Positions 22,377-28,118 of a stretch of 28,118 nucleotides of DNA are shown in pieces (position 1 is the first letter of the stretch; every line of letters starts with the position of its first letter). The stretch lies in NCBI GenBank assembly GCA_964491135.1, contig CAZBFW010000002.1, positions 1-28,118 of the forward strand, given 5' to 3'. The position numbers were made by a program, and so were the translations under genes. Source of the stretch: an uncultured Phycisphaeraceae bacterium. Its GTDB lineage: Bacteria > Planctomycetota > Phycisphaerae > UBA1845. The notes below the pieces were generated by a model. The model did not search any database. It was not told the DNA's origin and saw only the letters and a program-made list of their open reading frames with translations.

Positions 22377-23723
22377 CTACTGCCAACCCCGCACCATGGC
22401 CGCGAACGTCTCGCCGCGCTGTTCGTAATTCGTGAACTCGTCGTAGCTCGAGCAGCCGGGTGACAGCAGAACGGCCTCGCCCTCCGCCGCCAGGCCCCGC
22501 GCGCACTCCACCGCGTCCGCCAGCCGGCCCACGCGCTTGATGCCCGGCTCGCTCGCCTGGCCGCGAGCCTGCTCGATCGCGTCGGCATAGCGACCGCCCG
22601 CCGCTCCACAGCACACCACCGCCTTGGCCCTCGAGACCAGCACGCGGGCCATGCCGTCCAGCGGCAACCCCTTGTCGAACCCGCCGACAATCACCACGGC
22701 CGGCCGGTCCATCGCTTGGACGGCCGTGATCGTCGCCTCCGGCGTGGTGGACTTCGAGTCGTTGTAAAAATCCACGCCGCGCCACGTCCGCACGTGCTCC
22801 AGCCGATGCGGCAGCGAGCAATACGACTCCAGCGCCCCCGCGATGGCCTCATCCTCGATCCGCAGGCACCGGCACACGGTGGCCGCACACGCCGCGTTCA
22901 CCTGGTTGTGCCGCCCCGGCACGCGAAGCGGGAACGGCCGGTCCACGGAGACCTGCACCGCCCGGGCGCCGGTTCGCTCCGTGATCTCCACGATCTCGCC
23001 GAGCAGCCTCGGATCCTCCGGCCCCGCGATGGCGATTTCTCCCGGCTTCTGGAACCGGACGATGTTCAGCTTCGCCTCCAGGTAGCTCTGTTCGTCCCCG
23101 TGCCGATCCAGGTGGTTCGGCGAGACGTTCAGCACCATGCCGATGGACGGGCTGATCCGCACCGCGGCCGCGTCCTCCAACTGAAAGCTCGACAGCTCAA
23201 GCACCACCACGTCCTCGGCCGCCATCTCCGGCAGGTCCGCCAGAAGCGACCGCCCGATGTTCCCGCCGAACCAGGCCCGCCGGAACGGCGCCGCACCGGC
23301 CCGCTCGACGGCGCTCAGAATGTGGTGCGTCATGGCGCACGTCGTGCTCTTGCCGGCCGATCCGGTCACGCCGATCAGCCGGGCCCGGCACCTTTCCAGG
23401 AACAGGTTCATCTCACTGGACCAGGGCACGCCGCGCGCGATCGCGGCCTGGAAGAACTCGGACTTGCGCTTGTCGACGGCCGGGCTGACGACCAGCAGGT
23501 CCGCTTTGTCCAGGTCCGCCACATCGTGCCCGCCGAGGTGGAGCTGCACGCCCAGCCCGTCGAGCTGGGCCACGGAACCGGCCAGGCCGGCCGCGTTGGC
23601 CGCATCCGTCACCGTCACCTCGGCGCCCTGGCCCGCCAGCCACCGGGTCACGCCGATGCCGCCGCCGAACCGGCCCAACCCCATCACCACCACTCGCTTG
23701 CCGCGTAAGTCTGGCTGCCCCAC
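22377..23723 (-). CDS. murD: UDP-N-acetylmuramoyl-L-alanine--D-glutamate ligase
   Basis: VVVMGLGRFGGG, VVSPAV, GVTGSAGKSTT, GGNIG, VLELSSFQLE, NVSPNHLDRH, HRLE, FYNDSKSTTPEAT, LLSPGCSSYDEF.NYEQRG. Confidence 0.97.
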   Translation of the reverse strand: MGQPDLRGKRVVVMGLGRFGGGIGVTRWLAGQGAEVTVTDAANAAGLAGSVAQLDGLGVQLHLGGHDVADLDKADLLVVSPAVDKRKSEFFQAAIARGVPWSSEMNLFLERCRARLIGVTGSAGKSTTCAMTHHILSAVERAGAAPFRRAWFGGNIGRSLLADLPEMAAEDVVVLELSSFQLEDAAAVRISPSIGMVLNVSPNHLDRHGDEQSYLEAKLNIVRFQKPGEIAIAGPEDPRLLGEIVEITERTGARAVQVSVDRPFPLRVPGRHNQVNAACAATVCRCLRIEDEAIAGALESYCSLPHRLEHVRTWRGVDFYNDSKSTTPEATITAVQAMDRPAVVIVGGFDKGLPLDGMARVLVSRAKAVVCCGAAGGRYADAIEQARGQASEPGIKRVGRLADAVECARGLAAEGEAVLLSPGCSSYDEFTNYEQRGETFAAMVRGWQ

Positions 23724-23870
23724 AAGTTGCTCCCGTCAGTACTGAAAACGCCGCCGCACGTCAGCCGGCGCGTCTTCCATCCCATTATCGACCGGATGGG
23801 CGGCTCCGCACCTGCCGCAGCCGGGGGTACCAAAACGTCGCGTCCGTTCCACGTTTGAGACGCCCTCCGA

Positions 23871-23899
23871 TTGACCCTCCCGCGGGGCGGGGGTATAAA
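23871..23899 (+). promoter_or_regulatory. sigma70 promoter TTGACC-N17-TATAAA for tRNA-Arg
   Basis: Near-consensus hexamers with a 17-nt spacer, 20 nt upstream of the tRNA. Confidence 0.7.
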
Positions 23900-23919
23900 C
23901 TTCAGCCGTCTGAGCGTAG

Positions 23920-23993
23920 ACGCCACTAGCTCAATTGGACAGAGCATCGGTCTACGGAACCGAAGGTTTCTGGTTCGAATCCAGAGTGGCGTA
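23920..23993 (+). tRNA. tRNA-Arg (anticodon ACG), CCA not encoded
   Basis: Acceptor stem ACGCCAC/GTGGCGT, D arm GCTC..GAGC with GGA, anticodon stem TCGGT/ACCGA with loop CTACGGA, T arm TCTGG-TTCGAAT-CCAGA. Followed by TTG. Confidence 0.97.
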
Positions 23994-24169
23994 TTGGGCC
24001 AGGAGGCAGGCGGCCGCGGGTCGCCGAACTCCACTACATCGCACCCGTGACCGGCTGTCGTGTCAAAGCCCCTCCCTCGGAGGGAACGCCGGCTCCATCG
24101 GGCGATCGCGAGCGCGTCGGTCTCGGTTGCGCGCCCGTGGGGGGATCCTTCGATTCGGGAATTTCGACC

Positions 24170-26959
24170 ATGAAGCAGGTTCCGAACACGGATAACCTGG
24201 CGTTCATTGAAGCCCTGTTCGCGGAATATGCCCGGAACCCCGCCGCCGTCCCACCAGAATGGCAACGCCTGCTTGACGACTGGACGGCGGAAGCCGGTCT
24301 GCCCAAACGCTTTAATGGCCCGAGTTTCAAGCCGTCCAGCATCTTCAACCCCGGCGGGCCCGGCGCCTCGGGAGCGGTCATCCGCGAGGTCGTCCGCGTG
24401 GACTCCCACCAGGACCGCGTGGACCAGTTGGTGCGAGCTTACCGTGTGCGCGGCCATCTTGTGGCGCGCCTGGATCCCCTCGGGCGACACCTGCCCTTCC
24501 GGCCGGAGCTGAAGCCCAAGTACTACGGCTTCACCAAGGAGGACCTGAGCCGGTCGTTCTCCTCGCGCACGATCCAAGGTCCAAACGTCCGAACCCTGCG
24601 CGAGATCATCCGACTGCTGCGGACGACGTACTGCCGCTCAATCGGCGTGCAGTTCATGCACATTGATGATCTGAAGGTCCGCCACTGGCTGCAGGACCGC
24701 ATGGAGGGCTCGGGGAATCGCCTTAACCTCAGTCGGGACATGCAGTTGCGGATTCTGACCCGCCTGACGGACGCCGTCATCTTCGAGGAGTTCATCCAGA
24801 AGCGGTACGTCGGGGCCAAACGGTTCTCGCTGGAGGGCTCGGAGAGTCTCATCCCGCTGTTGGACCTGGCCATCGAGAAGGCCGGCGAGCACGGCGTGAA
24901 GGATATCGTCCTGGGCATGGCGCATCGCGGCCGGCTGAACGTGCTGGCCAACATCATCGGCAAGAGCCCGCAGCACATCTTCCGCGAGTTTGACGACGTG
25001 GACCCCGGCCTTCACACGGGCCGGGGGGACGTAAAGTACCACCTGGGCTACAGTTCCGACTGGACCACCCACGCCGGGCACAAGGTCCACCTGAGCCTCT
25101 GCTTCAACCCCAGCCATCTGGAGTACGTCAACGGTGTGGCCCTCGGGCGTACGCGGGCCAAGCAGGACCGGCTGGGGGATCGCGAAGGCCACGCGGTTCT
25201 GTGTCTGCTCATCCACGGCGATGCGGCGTTTGCCGGCCAAGGGGTAGTTCAGGAGACGCTGAACCTCAGCGAACTGCCGGGCTATCGCACGGGCGGGACG
25301 CTGCACGTCGTCGTGAACAACCAGATCGGCTTCACGACGACGAACCGGGAGGCCCGGTCCAGCCTTTATCCGACCGCCCTGGCCAAGATGCTGCAAAGCC
25401 CCATCTTCCACGTGAACGGGGAGAACCCGGAGGCCGTCGCCCAGGCCATTTTGCTGGCGATGGATTTTCGGAAGGAGTTCCACCGGGACGTGGTGATCGA
25501 CATGTGGTGCTACCGCCGCCACGGGCACAACGAATCGGACGAGCCATCGTTCACGCAGCCGATCCAGGCCAGGAAGATCGAGCGTCGCTGCTCGGTGCGT
25601 GACGGATACCTGCACCACCTCTTGACGCTCGGCGAAGTGACCGAGGAAGAGGCCGACCGCATCGCTGCCGAGCGCCGCGCGCAGTTGGAGAAGGAACTCT
25701 CCGTCGCCCGCAGCGATGATTACGTCTACAGAATGCAGACGGCCGGTGGCATCTGGCGCGGCTATCGGGGCGGCTCCGCCGCGCAGGCGGACGCGGTGGA
25801 CACTCGCGTGGATCGTGAGCGGCTGGCCGACCTGTTGCTCCGCCAGAGTGTCGTGCCGGACGGGTTTGAGCCGCACCCAAAGATCGTTCGCCTGCTCGCC
25901 CAGCGCCGGGAGATGGCCGAAGGGAAGCGCCCGCTCGACTGGGCGGCCGCGGAGGCGCTGGCCCTGGCCTCGCTGGCGGCGGAAGGCTATCGCATCCGCC
26001 TGAGCGGGCAGGACTCCGCTCGCGGCACGTTCAGCCACCGGCACGGCATCCTGTACAACTATCGCACGGGCGAGCCCTACGTGCCGCTGCGGCATCTGGC
26101 GCCGGACCAGGGGCCGGTCGACCTGGTCAACAGCCCGCTGTCCGAATCCGGCGTGCTGGGCTTCGACTACGGCTACAGCCTGGACTGCCCGGACGGCCTG
26201 ATCATCTGGGAGGCTCAGTTCGGCGACTTCTGCAACTCCGCCCAGGTCATCGTGGATCAGTTTATCGCCAGCGCCGAGGACAAATGGCAGCGGCTCAGCG
26301 GCGTCGTGTTGCTGCTGCCGCACGGGTTCGAAGGGCAGGGGCCGGAGCATTCCAGCGCCAGGCTCGAACGCTTCCTCACGCTGGCCGCGGAGGACAACAT
26401 CCAGATTGCGCAACCGTCCACGCCTGCGCAGCTTTTCCACCTGCTGCGGCGCCAGGTGCTGCGGAAGTGGCGCAAGCCGCTGGTGGTCCTGACGCCCAAG
26501 AGTCTGCTGCGCCACCCGGAGGTCGTTTCCGGGCTCGACGAGCTGGCTGCAGGAGCATTCCAACCGATTCTGCCGGACACCGAGACGGACCCCGCCGCCA
26601 CGAATCGGATTCTGCTGTGCAGCGGAAGAGTGTATTATGACCTGCGGCAGCGGCGGGCGGAGCAGAAGCGCAAGGACGTTGCCATCCTTCGCGTGGAGCA
26701 GCTATACCCGCTGTCCGATGCGGACCTGGGCAACGCCCTCGCGCCATACGCCGACGGCGTCCCCGCGGTCTGGGTGCAGGACGAGCCGGAAAACATGGGG
26801 GCCTGGCGGACGTTTTCTGTGATGTTCGGCCCGAAACTGGTCGGACGGTTCCCGTTGTCGCGGGCGAGCCGACCGGCATCCGCCAGTCCGGCCACCGGTT
26901 CACCGGCCGCGCATAAGCAGGAGCAGCAGAAGCTGCTCGACCGCGCGTTCGCCGAGTAA
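24170..26959 (+). CDS. sucA: 2-oxoglutarate dehydrogenase E1 component
   Basis: ATG 24170; 929 aa. [95 protein letters not shown]. Confidence 0.97.
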   Translation: MKQVPNTDNLAFIEALFAEYARNPAAVPPEWQRLLDDWTAEAGLPKRFNGPSFKPSSIFNPGGPGASGAVIREVVRVDSHQDRVDQLVRAYRVRGHLVARLDPLGRHLPFRPELKPKYYGFTKEDLSRSFSSRTIQGPNVRTLREIIRLLRTTYCRSIGVQFMHIDDLKVRHWLQDRMEGSGNRLNLSRDMQLRILTRLTDAVIFEEFIQKRYVGAKRFSLEGSESLIPLLDLAIEKAGEHGVKDIVLGMAHRGRLNVLANIIGKSPQHIFREFDDVDPGLHTGRGDVKYHLGYSSDWTTHAGHKVHLSLCFNPSHLEYVNGVALGRTRAKQDRLGDREGHAVLCLLIHGDAAFAGQGVVQETLNLSELPGYRTGGTLHVVVNNQIGFTTTNREARSSLYPTALAKMLQSPIFHVNGENPEAVAQAILLAMDFRKEFHRDVVIDMWCYRRHGHNESDEPSFTQPIQARKIERRCSVRDGYLHHLLTLGEVTEEEADRIAAERRAQLEKELSVARSDDYVYRMQTAGGIWRGYRGGSAAQADAVDTRVDRERLADLLLRQSVVPDGFEPHPKIVRLLAQRREMAEGKRPLDWAAAEALALASLAAEGYRIRLSGQDSARGTFSHRHGILYNYRTGEPYVPLRHLAPDQGPVDLVNSPLSESGVLGFDYGYSLDCPDGLIIWEAQFGDFCNSAQVIVDQFIASAEDKWQRLSGVVLLLPHGFEGQGPEHSSARLERFLTLAAEDNIQIAQPSTPAQLFHLLRRQVLRKWRKPLVVLTPKSLLRHPEVVSGLDELAAGAFQPILPDTETDPAATNRILLCSGRVYYDLRQRRAEQKRKDVAILRVEQLYPLSDADLGNALAPYADGVPAVWVQDEPENMGAWRTFSVMFGPKLVGRFPLSRASRPASASPATGSPAAHKQEQQKLLDRAFAE

Positions 26960-27022
26960 GGGTATCTGCGGTGCCGGCGTGTGGCACGCCCGCATCGGAC
27001 CTCAGGATGGAGATCACTTCGG

Positions 27023-28118
27023 ATGGCCGTTGACATCAAGGTTCCCAGCGCGGGTGAATCCATCAGCGAAGTCCAGATCGGCGCCTGGATGAAGGCGGAA
27101 GGTGACCGCGTGGAGGCGGACGAGCCGCTGGTGGAGATCGAGACGGACAAGGCCACCATGGAACTGCCCGCGCCCGTGGCCGGCACGCTGGTGAAGGTGC
27201 TCAAGCGTTCCGGCGACACGGCCTCCGTTGGCGACGTGATCGCCCGGATCGACGAGTCCGGCGACGGCCGGCCGGCCGAGGCCAAGGCCGAGCCGTCCGC
27301 TCGGGCGGAAGCCAAGCCGTCCGCGGCCGGGCACGTCATGCCCGCCGCCCGCCGCGCCATGGCCGAGCGGGGCGTGGCCGCCGACCAGGTGCAGGGCTCG
27401 GGCCCGGGCAACCGGGTGCTCAAGGAGGACGTGGATCGCCACGAGGCGAAGAGGCCGTCCACCGCTCCCACTCCGGCGGCTTCGTCCGAGCCGCCGGCCG
27501 GTCGGGAGGAGGACGTCGTTCCTCTCACGCTGCTACGCAAGCGCGTGGCCGCCAGGCTGGTGGAATCGCTCCAGACCACGGCCCAGCTCACGACTTTCAA
27601 CGAAGTGGACATGTCCGCGGTGATGACCTTGCGCAAGCAGCGCGGCGAGGCGTTTAAGGAAAAGTACGGCATCAAGCTCGGGATCATGTCGTTCTTCGTG
27701 AAGGCCGCCATCGATGCCCTGAAAACCGTCCCTCAGGTCAACGCATACATCCGCGACGAAAACCTGGTCTATCGCAACTACTTTGACATCGGAGTGGCCG
27801 TCAGCACGGATCGCGGGCTGGTCGTCCCGGTCATTCGCGACGCCGACCGGCTGAGCTTCGCGCAGGTGGAGGCGACACTGGCCGACCTGGCCGGCCGGGC
27901 TCGCGACAAGAAGATCTCGCCGGATGAGCTGCAAGGCGGCACGTTCACCATCAGCAACGGCGGCGTATTCGGATCGCTGCTTTCCACGCCCATTCTGAAC
28001 CCTCCGCAGAGCGGCATCCTCGGCCTGCACATGATTCAGGAGCGGCCGGTCGTCCGGGACGGGCAGATCGTCGTGCGGCCGATGATGTACGTGGCCCTGA
28101 CCTACGACCACCGCGTCA
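27023..28118 (+). CDS. sucB: 2-oxoglutarate dehydrogenase E2 (dihydrolipoamide succinyltransferase), 3' end outside window
   Basis: Not in the ORF track. Manual translation from ATG 27023: MAVDIKVPSAGESISE..., lipoyl site IETDKA, E3-binding GSGPGNRVLKEDV, LTTFNEVDM, GGTFTISNGG, NPPQSGILG, ending ALTYDHRV at the window edge. Confidence 0.97.
   Translation, partial: MAVDIKVPSAGESISEVQIGAWMKAEGDRVEADEPLVEIETDKATMELPAPVAGTLVKVLKRSGDTASVGDVIARIDESGDGRPAEAKAEPSARAEAKPSAAGHVMPAARRAMAERGVAADQVQGSGPGNRVLKEDVDRHEAKRPSTAPTPAASSEPPAGREEDVVPLTLLRKRVAARLVESLQTTAQLTTFNEVDMSAVMTLRKQRGEAFKEKYGIKLGIMSFFVKAAIDALKTVPQVNAYIRDENLVYRNYFDIGVAVSTDRGLVVPVIRDADRLSFAQVEATLADLAGRARDKKISPDELQGGTFTISNGGVFGSLLSTPILNPPQSGILGLHMIQERPVVRDGQIVVRPMMYVALTYDHRV

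Noticed and set aside
22377-23723. murD outside a dcw cluster
   Set aside because: Scattered peptidoglycan genes are already known in planctomycetes; not novel.
23920-23993. tRNA-Arg as integration site for the accessory strip
   Set aside because: murD lies between them and I found no duplicated tRNA 3' end in the window.

Overview
High-GC bacterial window that looks like Planctomycetota, probably Phycisphaerae-like. This is inferred from a GFTLIELL prepilin gene, PEP-CTERM proteins, a TMTC-like TPR glycosyltransferase and a small CC/CxxC protein. Left to right: (1) a minus-strand block with a truncated prepilin-type gene, a small membrane protein, an orphan PEP-CTERM 3' fragment and an intact PEP-CTERM gene; (2) two lipoprotein solute-binding proteins with no permease or ATPase, the second coupled to a TMTC-like GT-C/TPR gene; (3) a small Cys protein and an enolase-superfamily enzyme; (4) a 1024-aa secreted mosaic HEAT-repeat protein bracketed by two matching AT-rich TAA-N4-TT-N7-AA-N4-TTA palindromic sites; (5) a four-gene redox operon encoding a NuoE/HydC-like subunit with an extra Cys-rich domain, a NuoF/HydB-GltD fusion, a truncated NuoG/HydA-N-like Fe-S subunit with a Cys-rich tail, and a stand-alone FMN-binding GltB-like protein with no amidotransferase; (6) an apparently lower-GC accessory stretch of four small minus-strand genes with MITE-like, REP-like and short tandem repeats; (7) housekeeping murD, tRNA-Arg(ACG), sucA and a truncated sucB. 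The best candidates for undescribed biology are the redox operon, a possible electron-bifurcating or transhydrogenating glutamate synthase/dehydrogenase-type complex, and the paired palindromic sites around the HEAT gene. All assignments come from reading motifs by eye; no database search was run.
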